64,000 nucleotides of DNA from an uncultured Rikenellaceae bacterium (lineage in GTDB: Bacteria > Bacteroidota > Bacteroidia > Bacteroidales > VadinHA17). Numbering within the stretch: the first letter of the stretch is position 1; the number at the start of each line of letters is the position of its first letter. The stretch spans positions 9,353 to 73,352 of the forward strand of contig CAYXSM010000013.1 in NCBI GenBank assembly GCA_964466705.1. The letters are read 5' to 3'. This document shows positions 27,641-37,131 of the stretch, piece by piece. The position numbers were made by a program, and so were the translations under genes. A model generated the notes under the pieces. The model was not told the DNA's origin. It saw nothing but the letters and a program-made list of their open reading frames with translations, and did no database searches.

Positions 27641-30058
27641 TCATTCATATTTGAGTGAGCGGGCAGGATTAATCCTGGCAGCCTTTATTACGCGGTAACT
27701 TATAGTGATCAGGGCTATGCCCAGCGCAATGGCAAGTCCCGCAATAAAACTGAAGAATCCCAGATTTATCTTATAATAGAAATTTTCAAGCCAATTTCCT
27801 GCATAGTAATAAATGACAGGCCACGCAATAAGTGCTGCAATTGAGACCAGAATGATTATCTCTTTCGATATTATGATGTATATGCCGGCAATGGACGATC
27901 CCATGGCTTTTCTTACCCCTATCTCCTTTGTTTTCTGTTCCACGGTATAGGATGTCAGACCGAAGAGCCCCAGCGCCGCGATAAAAATTGCAAGGAGCGA
28001 AAAGATCACAGCCATTTGTGCGTTCTGCTTTTCCTGACTGTACATTTTCTCAAAATCAGCGTCGAGAAAATAATATTGAAGCGGATTATTTGAAGTATAT
28101 TCTTTCCATATTCCTTCAATAGCACTGATAGTGGCTGAATAATCAGCCGGAGACAGTCTCACTGTAATGTACCCCCAGTAATTGTTTTCACCCTGGAGCA
28201 GGAGTATGTAAGGCTGGATAGGATTACGGAGAGATTCGAAATTAAAATTCTTTACCATCCCGATTATCGATAAAGCCTCAGGACCGTTTTCTCCAGGCCT
28301 TAGTATCCTTGTTTTTTCAACGTCGGTTATGCTGAAATTCTTCACCGCGCTTTCGTTAAGGATGCAGGCTTGCCTGTCGGTGCTGAATGATTCGTTGAAG
28401 ACCCTGCCGGATTCAAGCTTCATCCCGTATGTATCAAGAAAATCATTATCGACCCAGCTTGTAGCCATCAGATACGTTTCATCCTTTCTGCCCTCGATCA
28501 TATAACCGTTATTGTTGTTTGTTCGTCCCGGAATTGCTGTAGCGCCCGCTATGTTTATCACACCGGGCAGCATTTTCACGCTCTCCTTGAAGGACTTCAT
28601 CCTGTTCCCTATGATATGTGCTCTTTCTATGACAATGAGTTGTTCCCTGTTAAAACCCACATCTTTATTAAGCATAAATTTTATCTGCTTGTTCATGATC
28701 AGTGTACCAACAATCAGAAGTATGGAAACTGCAAACTGAAAGACAACCAGAATTCTTCTGAGCTTTCCGTTGGTCGCACTGTTTCCGGCCCTGCCTTTAA
28801 GCACTTCATACGGATTGAAGGATGAAAGGAAGAATGCCGGGTAGCCGCCCGACATAATACCTGCAATTACCGTGAACAGAAGAAGAGCCGGAATCGTATA
28901 CCATACAGCGAAAAGGTTGAGGCCAAGTCTTACTCCGAGCAGATTGTTGAAATAAGGTAAACTAATCTTAATTATTATAAGCGCAAGAATCAGCGATACG
29001 AATGCAAGGATAAATGATTCGGTAAGGAACTGGGCAACAAGCATCCCGCGTGTTGAGCCGCCGATCTTCTTGATTCCTACTTCCTTTGCCCTTCTGGATG
29101 CCTGTGCGGTTGCCAGATTCATAAAATTTATGGCTGCTATTATCACAATCAGAATTGCTACGCTGCCGAATATCACAAGATATTTAGGGTCGCTGGGAGC
29201 TTTGAATCCTCCCTGCACTGTATTGTCAAGATGAATATGGGTAAGCTTCTGAAGATAATACCTGTAAATGTTGCCCCGGCTGATAAACTCCTCAATGGTC
29301 GTTCCCATGTATTTCTGCAATTCCGGCCCAACATATTTTACTATCAGATCGGTGAATTTGTCGTTTACTGTTGTGAAACTCGAATTGGGTTTTAAAAGAA
29401 GATACAGACTGAAACTGTTGTTCATCCATACCTGCTCCCGCGACCTTGGATTTGTCATGAAGGATGTCACCATGCTGGCTTCAAAATGAGAATTTGACGG
29501 AATGTCTGCCATTATACCCGTAATAACGTACCTTGTGGTATCGGATCCTATTTTTATCGATTTGTCAATCGGATTATCATTGCCAAAAAATTTCCTTGCT
29601 GTGGTTTCCGACAATACAACTTTGTGAGGACCGTTAAGAAGGTTATCCGGATCGCCCTTCACCACAGGGATTGTGAAAAAATTAAAAAAGGATGAATCAG
29701 CCTGTATAATATTATTATCGGTAAAGATCTGCTGTTCATATTCTACAACCGTAGGCCCGACATCATTCATCCGTAAAAAATCTTCAACCTCAGGAAATTC
29801 CGACGGCAGGGTCGGCCCCATTACGGCCGGAGTGTATGCGCCGGTTATCTCCTGCCCGCCGATCTTACCGGTCAGGATAACCCTGAATATCCTGTCTCTT
29901 TTTACGTTGAACCTGTCATAGCCGGCTTCATTTATTACATATAGAGCAATAAGCAGGCTGCATGCTATCCCGATAGCAAGGCCAAGGATATTTATTATTA
30001 TATATGACCGCTGTCTTTTAAAAGACCTGATACTGTGCTTCAGAAGGTTATTAAACAT
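27641..30058 (-). CDS. ABC transporter permease, FtsX/MacB-like (duplicated FtsX domains)
   Basis: 805 aa. The architecture is an N-terminal TM, a MacB-like periplasmic domain, 3 TM, a second periplasmic domain and a C-terminal FtsX 3-TM block ending RINPARSLKYE. Confidence 0.85.
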   Translation of the reverse strand: MFNNLLKHSIRSFKRQRSYIIINILGLAIGIACSLLIALYVINEAGYDRFNVKRDRIFRVILTGKIGGQEITGAYTPAVMGPTLPSEFPEVEDFLRMNDVGPTVVEYEQQIFTDNNIIQADSSFFNFFTIPVVKGDPDNLLNGPHKVVLSETTARKFFGNDNPIDKSIKIGSDTTRYVITGIMADIPSNSHFEASMVTSFMTNPRSREQVWMNNSFSLYLLLKPNSSFTTVNDKFTDLIVKYVGPELQKYMGTTIEEFISRGNIYRYYLQKLTHIHLDNTVQGGFKAPSDPKYLVIFGSVAILIVIIAAINFMNLATAQASRRAKEVGIKKIGGSTRGMLVAQFLTESFILAFVSLILALIIIKISLPYFNNLLGVRLGLNLFAVWYTIPALLLFTVIAGIMSGGYPAFFLSSFNPYEVLKGRAGNSATNGKLRRILVVFQFAVSILLIVGTLIMNKQIKFMLNKDVGFNREQLIVIERAHIIGNRMKSFKESVKMLPGVINIAGATAIPGRTNNNNGYMIEGRKDETYLMATSWVDNDFLDTYGMKLESGRVFNESFSTDRQACILNESAVKNFSITDVEKTRILRPGENGPEALSIIGMVKNFNFESLRNPIQPYILLLQGENNYWGYITVRLSPADYSATISAIEGIWKEYTSNNPLQYYFLDADFEKMYSQEKQNAQMAVIFSLLAIFIAALGLFGLTSYTVEQKTKEIGVRKAMGSSIAGIYIIISKEIIILVSIAALIAWPVIYYYAGNWLENFYYKINLGFFSFIAGLAIALGIALITISYRVIKAARINPARSLKYE

Positions 30059-30258
30059 GTTGTGAGAAAATTTTGATAGTTGTAAAAAATATCACATAAA
30101 AATCAGCAGAAGAGATCTATTGTTTTTACGGTATAAAGACCGGAAAATTAAAACAGTGCTGCAAAAATCATATTTTTGCTTTCCAATGATGATCAGCAGG
30201 GATAATTCCTGCATACCCTGCTTTTGCAGCCGGAAAAGAGACCTGTAGAAAATAAGAT

Positions 30259-30861
30259 ATGAAACTGAATCTTAACGCATTTAGCTACAGAATATTTATT
30301 GATCCGCTTCTTTCGGGACTCCGGAAGACGGTTACCTCAAAAATCATCGCCAATGCAAAGGTGATCGATATTGCCTGCGGTACGGGAACTCTTGCGATTG
30401 AAACGGCTGTAACAGCAAGACATGTCACAGCCGTTGATCTGGATGAAAGGCTGATCTCCTTTGCTTCCGCCAGAGCGACAAAAAAGGATGCAGCCAACCT
30501 TTCTTTTGAACTGCGTGACGCTGCAGATCTGTCATCTTACCCTGACAAAGAATTTGATATTGCACTGATATCAATGGCAATACACCAGTTCCAGGAAGAA
30601 ACGGCGTTAAAGATCCTGAGAGAAATGAAACGAATAGCAGATAAAGCTATCATTGCCGATTATAATTACCCAATGCCGCGCGGTATATATAAGTCAATAG
30701 CTTATGGCATTGAGAGGATCGCCGGAGGAGATCATTTCCGCAACTTCAGAAACTACAATTCAAGAGGAGGCATCAAATGGTTTACAACTGCTTCGGGACT
30801 GACAATCAGATCTTTTACTGTTAATGAAAACGGTGTCTTTGCAGTGATTGTCTGTGATTAA
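30259..30861 (+). CDS. Class I SAM-dependent methyltransferase
   Basis: 200 aa. Motif I is VIDIACGTGTLAIE, and the acidic loop and motif II layout are typical of Methyltransf_11/25. Confidence 0.8.
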   Translation: MKLNLNAFSYRIFIDPLLSGLRKTVTSKIIANAKVIDIACGTGTLAIETAVTARHVTAVDLDERLISFASARATKKDAANLSFELRDAADLSSYPDKEFDIALISMAIHQFQEETALKILREMKRIADKAIIADYNYPMPRGIYKSIAYGIERIAGGDHFRNFRNYNSRGGIKWFTTASGLTIRSFTVNENGVFAVIVCD

Positions 30862-31030
30862 CATTCCCGATAATTGTTGAGGCCAGGTTTTTCTGCTTAT
30901 TTGAAAATAATTCCCTTAACCCGGATTATCAACGGTCAGCCCATTCCGGGTCTGTAATGTGAGTAAAAACGGATTTGCCATTCACAAAAAAAATCTCTGA
31001 AAATATTTGGAATATATTTTTCCTTATATT

Positions 31031-31049
31031 TACTTTGTATTTCAAAGTA
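31031..31049. promoter_or_regulatory. Palindromic operator-like site 1 (TACTTTG-N5-CAAAGTA)
   Basis: The inverted repeat has 7-bp arms and lies 7 nt upstream of the ATG at 31057. Its core ACTTTGTATNTCAAAGT recurs at 31999-32015. Confidence 0.55.
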
Positions 31050-31056
31050 CTTTATC

Positions 31057-31692
31057 ATGAAAATCGACATAAAATCCATCGATGATATAAAAGCAATCAG
31101 AAAAATGATGGAGGAATCATCCAGATTTCTGTCTCTCAGTGGTCTGTCAGGGGTATTTGCAGGATTGACAGCCATAGCCGGAGCGCTTTTTGCATATTTT
31201 TTTATCCTGGACAATGGAAGCATCCACTATGATGAATATTTCAGGATCAACACGGGTAAGGAGGCCCTTTCTCTCAGGTACCAGCTCATTGCAACCGCAT
31301 TCATGGTGCTTGTGTTTGCCCTTTTGTTCGCTGTATTCCTTTCAATAAGAAAGGCCAGAAAAGACGGAAAAAAGTTCTGGACTCCGGTATCCAGAAGGCT
31401 TCTTATAAACCTCCTCATTCCGCTCGTTGCGGGAGGTCTTCTCGTTATTGCGCTCCTTTTGCAGGATCATATGGATCTGATAGTTCCATCTTTTTTAATC
31501 TTTTACGGCCTGGCACTGATCAATGCAGGTAAATTTACCTTTGGTGAGATTTTTTACCTGGGCTTACTTGAAGTGATTACCGGACTTGTATCCGTTTTTG
31601 TTCCGGGTCAGGACCTCCTTTTCTGGGTATTCGGTTTTGGAATCCTTCATATCGTATATGGACTGGCTATGTACCGAAAATACGAGGCATGA
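31057..31692 (+). CDS. Integral membrane protein of unknown function (5-6 TM)
   Basis: 211 aa with an SSRFLSLSGLSG motif followed by hydrophobic helices. Its stop overlaps the next gene's start (ATGA at 31689). Confidence 0.65.
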   Translation: MKIDIKSIDDIKAIRKMMEESSRFLSLSGLSGVFAGLTAIAGALFAYFFILDNGSIHYDEYFRINTGKEALSLRYQLIATAFMVLVFALLFAVFLSIRKARKDGKKFWTPVSRRLLINLLIPLVAGGLLVIALLLQDHMDLIVPSFLIFYGLALINAGKFTFGEIFYLGLLEVITGLVSVFVPGQDLLFWVFGFGILHIVYGLAMYRKYEA

Positions 31693-31982
31693 AGAATCCC
31701 ATTTCAGACATAAAGAAGGTCTTTGAAAACAGGGTGAGACTGGGGATAATGGCAATCCTTATGGTAAACGAAACCTGTTCCTTTAACAGTCTTAAAGAGA
31801 CACTGGATGTGACTGACGGAAATCTTGCCAGTCATCTGAAAGCTCTGGAAGAAAGAGGTATGATAAAAGTTAACAAACAGTTTCTCGGACGTAAACCAAA
31901 TACAAGTTACTCAGTAACTGAAAAGGGAATTGCTGAATTCAGAGAACATCTGAAAGCTCTTGAAAAACTGATAAAAGAATAA
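31689..31982 (+). CDS. Small winged-helix transcriptional regulator (ArsR/MarR-like wHTH)
   Basis: 97 aa. RLGIMAILMVNETCSFNSLKETLDVTDGNLASHLKALEERGMI is a classic wHTH, and the protein has a C-terminal helical tail. Confidence 0.75.
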   Translation: MKNPISDIKKVFENRVRLGIMAILMVNETCSFNSLKETLDVTDGNLASHLKALEERGMIKVNKQFLGRKPNTSYSVTEKGIAEFREHLKALEKLIKE

Positions 31983-31998
31983 AATTTTTTCAAATAAC

Positions 31999-32015
31999 AC
32001 TTTGTATCTCAAAGT
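31999..32015. promoter_or_regulatory. Palindromic operator-like site 2 (ACTTTG-N5-CAAAGT)
   Basis: ACTTTGTATCTCAAAGT lies 27 nt upstream of the creD-like ATG. It is 16/17 identical to the core of site 1. Confidence 0.55.
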
Positions 32016-32042
32016 TCTTTTAATTAAACTGATTATGTCATC

Positions 32043-33338
32043 ATGAAAATTGAAATCTCCAACCTGAACAAATGGCACCATTCACTGACCGTGAAGCTAA
32101 TATTACTGGCAATCCTTGGATTATTGCTCCTTATACCTCTGCAGATGATCAAGGAGATTATCAGGGAAAGACAGGAAAATGCTGAGAATGTGAAAAAGGA
32201 AATATCGGATCAATGGGCATCAAAACAATGTTTCTCGGGTCCTGTTCTCAATATCCCGGTTCGGACCATACCATCAGGCAAAGATGAATTACAGGCAGTC
32301 AGCGTATTGCATATTTTGCCTGAGACTCTCGATATCGCCGGGATCATTAAACCGGAAACCAGATACAGAGGAATATATCAATCTGTTGTATATGATTCAG
32401 AGCTGAAAGTCAAAGGATCTTTCATAATACCGGACAAAGATTTCTTAAAAAGTCATGACATTTTATGGAACGAAGCGTATTATACTGTCGGCATTTCAGA
32501 TAACCGGGGTATTAAGGAAAAAGTAATACTCATAACAGATTCCACAGAAACTGAAGCTGAGCCGGGAGTAAGGGATAAAGATATTTTCAATTCAGGTATT
32601 TCATTCATCAGCCCTGCTCTCATTCCGGGCAGCAAGGTCGGTTTTGATATGAGCATCAGCATATCGGGATCTGAAGGGATGCAGTTTACACCCCTCGGAA
32701 AAGTAACAACTATCAATCTTAATTCAACATGGGCTTCGCCGGCCTTTAACGGGAGATATCTGCCTTTTCGGAGAGATGTAAATGAAAAAGGATTTACGGC
32801 AGACTGGGAAGTGACACATCTGAACAGGAATTTTCCCCAAAACTGGACAGGAAGTGCATTCCGTCCATTGGAAAGTGCATTCGGAGTTGATCTTTTCCAG
32901 CCGGTTGATCACTACCAGAAATCCTGGAGAAGTTCCCGATACGGGATACTGTTTATTGCTCTGACATTTTTTGTTCTTGTTTTTCTTGAAATCACAAGGA
33001 AGGAATCAATCAGTATTTTTCATTATTTTCTTGTCTCACTGGGGCTTGTGTTATTTTTCTCGCTTCTGAATTCTATTAGTGAACACACAGGGTTTAATTT
33101 CGCTTATCTTATTTCCTCTGTGGCCACCATTTCTTTGATATCAGCATTTACGGGGACTCTGTTCAGAGAAAGGAAAGCAGCACTAATTTTAACGGGCATG
33201 CTTGTGATTTTATACTCCTTCATTTTTGTACTGCTTTCTCTGAATAATAGTGCATATCTTATCGGTAATATAGGTCTGTTCCTGTTGCTGGCCATTATTA
33301 TGAGATTTTCAGGAAAGCTTCTGCCCTTAAGCAAATGA
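32043..33338 (+). CDS. creD: Cell envelope integrity protein CreD-like inner-membrane protein
   Basis: 431 aa. It has an N-terminal TM, a large periplasmic domain and a C-terminal cluster of about 5 TM helices. The N-terminus (LLLIPLQMIKEIIRERQ) is typical of the CreD family. Confidence 0.7.
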   Translation: MKIEISNLNKWHHSLTVKLILLAILGLLLLIPLQMIKEIIRERQENAENVKKEISDQWASKQCFSGPVLNIPVRTIPSGKDELQAVSVLHILPETLDIAGIIKPETRYRGIYQSVVYDSELKVKGSFIIPDKDFLKSHDILWNEAYYTVGISDNRGIKEKVILITDSTETEAEPGVRDKDIFNSGISFISPALIPGSKVGFDMSISISGSEGMQFTPLGKVTTINLNSTWASPAFNGRYLPFRRDVNEKGFTADWEVTHLNRNFPQNWTGSAFRPLESAFGVDLFQPVDHYQKSWRSSRYGILFIALTFFVLVFLEITRKESISIFHYFLVSLGLVLFFSLLNSISEHTGFNFAYLISSVATISLISAFTGTLFRERKAALILTGMLVILYSFIFVLLSLNNSAYLIGNIGLFLLLAIIMRFSGKLLPLSK

Positions 33339-33414
33339 AGGCGTCAGGTATAATATTAGTGTTGGAAAGGTGTTACAGGTCAGATTAACGGCTTACCTTT
33401 TGGCTCATGGCGCT

Positions 33415-35100
33415 TCACCAGCCTCCGCCTCCTCCGCCTCCGCCGCCTCCGCCTGACCGTCCTCCGCCTCCGCTGCCCGAGGATGACCCAGGAGGTGTTG
33501 ATGCTGAGGAGATTGCTGATGAAAAGCTTTTTCCCATCGCTGATGTAAATTTCTGTGGTGAGTACATTGCCGGCGCGGTTCCGGCATACCAGGAGGGCCG
33601 GTAGGTTCTGGTCTTCCCTGTTGATTGCCTCAGAGCATTTTCGAATTTCCTGCCCCATTGATTCTCCACTCCGAGCGCAATGGCGTACGGCAGCAGTTTT
33701 TCAAACCGTTCAACGGTGAGATCCGGCTCATGAACTGCATTGAGTTGATCCTTCTCCGCTACGGAAAGATACATCCTGAAGCCCTCTGTTTCATCCATAA
33801 ATGCCCTCCCCCGTTCAGTGGGGGCTTTTATAAGCCACGTGAAAAAAACAGCTAGTGCAACAAGAAGAATAAGCAGTATTACAGGGACAACCGGCGAGGG
33901 AGACACAATAAAGGCAAGAATCACCCAGACCACAGAAAAAATAATGCCTGGCAATAACTGTTTAGTGTTGAGGTTAAAATATTCAGGTATCATTTTTTCT
34001 TTGAGGATATTATCGGACTCACTTCTTGCTTTCCGGAACAAAAGGTGGTTTTTGTTATCAAGCACTATTTCCTGCCTGTTTGAAAAGAGAACCGAAGACA
34101 GTGCTTTTTCTTCCGGACTGAGTTCCGCAGTTGCTTCCGGAATCAGCTTAAGAGTGTATTTCTTCTTTGAACTGATAATTTTCAGGAAGCCGTTAACAGC
34201 CATATTAACAAGCGCAGAGGTTATCACAACGTCTTTCATCCCCATTCCCGCAAGATATCCTGTTGCAGCGGGACTGAAACCTTCAGGGGGGTCAAAAAGG
34301 GGAATTATGGTACCTTTGGCAGGGTCCTTCCCGATACTCTTCCATTTTCTGTAGTATAGCATTATCACCACAGTCAGCCCGGCCACGGCAAAGAGAACGT
34401 GCAGATTATCTTTCAGAAAATATATCAACCGCAATATTGCTGATGGCTGAACCACCTTTCCTTTGGGCCAGGCCACTGCAATGGTCAGCTGTTCCCCCTG
34501 CTGCAAAGGTCTTGTGGTGGTCAGGCTTACAATATTGCCGTCATCTGTTAATACACAGTCGCAATCTGCAGATCCTGCATATCCCGACCATGCAGCCTTT
34601 TGAATGATCCCTGCTCCTTCGGGAACTTTGATCCTGACGATTGCAGCCTCAATGGGGAATGCCCAGTCACCACCTATGGCATTGTAATAAAGCTCATCGT
34701 AATCATCAAAAAAACCTATCTGTCTGGTTGTACTGAATGAGAGGGAATAGCTGTATATGCCCGGGCTCAGCTCAATGTTCCTGTCGCCTATGTAAACAAT
34801 TATTCCGTTTCCCTTTTCCTCTGTGAACCAGGGTTCAGGATTCCCGTTTTTCAAAACTTCCGTTACTTCAAATCCTGCTTTGAACTTGTTACCAAGCCTG
34901 TCCTTGTATTTCGTAGGGAAGCTTCTGTAAATTCCCCTTTTTATTGAATTTCCTTCCGCCACGACCCTTATTTCTTCCCTAACCATAAGGGTGCCGCTCT
35001 TTTCAATTTCCGCAAAAATATCATAAGAGAGTATCCGTTCCTGTGAATACCCGGAACTCATCAGGAAAGCCAGAAGGGGCAGGAAAATAAATTGTTTCAT
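33415..35100 (-). CDS. DUF2207 domain-containing membrane protein with C-terminal poly-Gly tail
   Basis: 561 aa. It has a signal peptide, an N-terminal beta-rich domain, 3 TM helices and a C-terminus of GSSSGSGGGGRSGGGGGGGGGGGW. It lies directly downstream of lemA. Confidence 0.7.
   Translation of the reverse strand: MKQFIFLPLLAFLMSSGYSQERILSYDIFAEIEKSGTLMVREEIRVVAEGNSIKRGIYRSFPTKYKDRLGNKFKAGFEVTEVLKNGNPEPWFTEEKGNGIIVYIGDRNIELSPGIYSYSLSFSTTRQIGFFDDYDELYYNAIGGDWAFPIEAAIVRIKVPEGAGIIQKAAWSGYAGSADCDCVLTDDGNIVSLTTTRPLQQGEQLTIAVAWPKGKVVQPSAILRLIYFLKDNLHVLFAVAGLTVVIMLYYRKWKSIGKDPAKGTIIPLFDPPEGFSPAATGYLAGMGMKDVVITSALVNMAVNGFLKIISSKKKYTLKLIPEATAELSPEEKALSSVLFSNRQEIVLDNKNHLLFRKARSESDNILKEKMIPEYFNLNTKQLLPGIIFSVVWVILAFIVSPSPVVPVILLILLVALAVFFTWLIKAPTERGRAFMDETEGFRMYLSVAEKDQLNAVHEPDLTVERFEKLLPYAIALGVENQWGRKFENALRQSTGKTRTYRPSWYAGTAPAMYSPQKFTSAMGKSFSSAISSASTPPGSSSGSGGGGRSGGGGGGGGGGGW
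33418..33480. repeat. Low-complexity (GCC/TCC)n tract encoding the poly-Gly tail
   Basis: Near-perfect GGN codon repetition on the minus strand. It generates spurious poly-Pro and poly-Arg ORFs in other frames. Confidence 0.9.
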
Positions 35101-35109
35101 AAATATTTT

Positions 35110-35658
35110 TCACATTTTGATTTCAGGTACATCCTTTTCAGATTCATTACCGATATCAAAGAAATCGCGCTGACTGTGTCCGGCAACCTTTGCCACAAGA
35201 CCTGACGGGAATTGTTCAATAAGTATGTTGTAATTGCGTACTGTCCCGTTATAATACCTGCGGGCCCGTTGAAGATCATTTTCTACTTTCGATATATCTC
35301 TCTGCAGCTCCAGAAAATTCTGGCTGGCTTTCAGCTCCGGGTAGTTCTCAACTACCACGAGAAGTCTGCCCAGAGCCCTGGAAAGTGCTACCTCAGCTGC
35401 TTCCGATTCCTGTAAGGAAGAGGCTGACATTCCCTGTGAACGCAGGCTGGTAATGGTTTCCAAAAGGGTGCGCTCGTGGGCAGCATACCCCTGAACGGCT
35501 TTCACCAGCAAGGGAATCAGATCATGTCGCTTTTTAAGCTGCACATCTATACCGCTCCAGGCCTCCATGACATGGTTCGCAAGTTTAACAAGGCGGTTGT
35601 AAACAAAGAGGAACAATCCTCCGGAAACTAAGATTAAGGTAATGATCAGCCAGGTCAC
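35110..35658 (-). CDS. lemA: LemA family protein
   Basis: 182 aa with a GTG start. It has an N-terminal TM followed by YNRLVKL...DVQLKRRHDLIPLLV...YYNGTVRNYN, which are canonical LemA motifs. Confidence 0.85.
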   Translation of the reverse strand: MTWLIITLILVSGGLFLFVYNRLVKLANHVMEAWSGIDVQLKKRHDLIPLLVKAVQGYAAHERTLLETITSLRSQGMSASSLQESEAAEVALSRALGRLLVVVENYPELKASQNFLELQRDISKVENDLQRARRYYNGTVRNYNILIEQFPSGLVAKVAGHSQRDFFDIGNESEKDVPEIKM

Positions 35659-35701
35659 AATATACGGTTATTTGGTTAGCACCGGCATAACTCCGGAAAT
35701 C

Positions 35702-35709
35702 CAAATATA
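35702..35709 (-). promoter_or_regulatory. Candidate -7 promoter box (TAnnTTTG)
   Basis: TATATTTG on the minus strand lies 43 nt upstream of the lemA start. Confidence 0.35.
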
Positions 35710-35756
35710 GAAAAAATAATGCAGCCTGATCCTTCTGAAAACAGGCAAACCTGTTA

Positions 35757-36851
35757 TTACTTCATGTGCTCCCTGTCTGCCTTCTCCTGGCGGTCTTTTA
35801 TAATTTCAGCCAGTTTGGCAACCATTTTTTCCATTTCGGGATCATCACTTTGTGACATCTTCATCCAGGCACCACCGCCTTCATAATAGGCTACCTTTCT
35901 TTCTGACCAGACCCCGTGTGTTTCGAATGCACTGATGTAATCATAAAACCGTCCGTGGATCTCCGGATTCACAACATTATTGTCAAACTCCATCTCCATT
36001 CCCATATCATGCTGCTTCCCAAAAATGCATGCATCATCAAGACGTTGATAGGGTATATCCTTATTGAAGAAATAGTTTGGCTGCTGGTAAGCACAATCAA
36101 AGCCGAGCAATGCCCACTGATCGGCTCTTTCTGCATTCCAGTAAGGGATCCAGTATAACCTCATCTCTTTCTTCTTAATATATTCCTTCACCTCAGGTAT
36201 TATGGCAAAATCTTTGCCTGCAGCCTCATGAACCCAGTAGAATCCGTCCAGATGAATATGTTTGTAGCCTTTTTCTTCCCATTTTTCCAGAACCCTGTCG
36301 GTAAACCAGCATGCGGCAGCTATCTGGTCCTCAGGCTTATTGAAATCCATTATTTTACCATTAATTTCCCCCCAGTCAGTGAATCCGGATACCGGACAAG
36401 GGATACTAAATACAACTCTCCTGGGCCTTAACGGTTTTTTACCCTGCTTTGAAAGACTGTCAAGAATTGATTCGAGCGCATCCGGACCTTTACTTTCCCC
36501 GAAATAACGGTCGAGAAGCCATTCCCATTGTTCCCTTGAAGCTGTGGTGTATCCAAACCCGGGATCCCATTCGTAACGTTCGATCCTGTCAAAGATCTCA
36601 AGAAATAAAAACCCGTCAAACAACCAGTGAAAATCACCGCCCTCATTTCTGAAGATGTACGGTCGCATTTCATTTACATTCCAGTCGGGTCTGTGGGTTG
36701 ATCCATGATATATCAGAACCAGATCGGAGATTTCAGTTCCGTTCTTCATTTTACTGTTGACATCCCGGTCGGCACAACCGGGTAAATAAATAATTGACAT
36801 CACGAAGGTTGCCAGATAAATTACTCCGGTAAAAAGTCTTTTGGATTTCAT
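35757..36851 (-). CDS. Lipoprotein, possibly DUF4855-like glycan-active protein
   Basis: 364 aa with a lipobox (YLPGCA) and a Trp/Tyr-rich, TIM-barrel-like sequence. The family name is from memory only. Confidence 0.45.
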   Translation of the reverse strand: MKSKRLFTGVIYLATFVMSIIYLPGCADRDVNSKMKNGTEISDLVLIYHGSTHRPDWNVNEMRPYIFRNEGGDFHWLFDGFLFLEIFDRIERYEWDPGFGYTTASREQWEWLLDRYFGESKGPDALESILDSLSKQGKKPLRPRRVVFSIPCPVSGFTDWGEINGKIMDFNKPEDQIAAACWFTDRVLEKWEEKGYKHIHLDGFYWVHEAAGKDFAIIPEVKEYIKKKEMRLYWIPYWNAERADQWALLGFDCAYQQPNYFFNKDIPYQRLDDACIFGKQHDMGMEMEFDNNVVNPEIHGRFYDYISAFETHGVWSERKVAYYEGGGAWMKMSQSDDPEMEKMVAKLAEIIKDRQEKADREHMK

Positions 36852-36891
36852 GATCAGGTTATTTCAGATTATCAAAATTGCAGTTCCTTTT

Positions 36892-36899
36892 CAAATATA
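36892..36899 (-). promoter_or_regulatory. Candidate -7 promoter box (TAnnTTTG)
   Basis: TATATTTG on the minus strand lies 40 nt upstream of the ATG at 36851. Confidence 0.35.
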
Positions 36900-37131
36900 T
36901 CTTAAATGATACATACTTCAGAGAATGACCTGAAGAATCTTCAATAATTGTTTTTTTCGTCCAGTATTTCAGCCTTGCGATAACCTGTTATCAAATGTGA
37001 CAAAGCCAGACGGCAAGGCTAGTAAAAAATTTTATAATACAGGCAAAATTGTTGAGAATCTTCATAAATACTTCATCTTGACCATTATACCTTTATCCCA
37101 GTTTACTTTAACTGACTAAAAGCACAGAAAG

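Noticed and set aside
33380-33658. Three ORFs from the track encoding poly-Arg (RRRRRRRRRR), poly-Pro (PPPPPPPPPP) and EAEAAEAEE runs
   Set aside because: They are out-of-frame or antisense readings of the (GGN)n tract that encodes the poly-Gly tail of the DUF2207 gene. They overlap a well-supported 561-aa gene completely.
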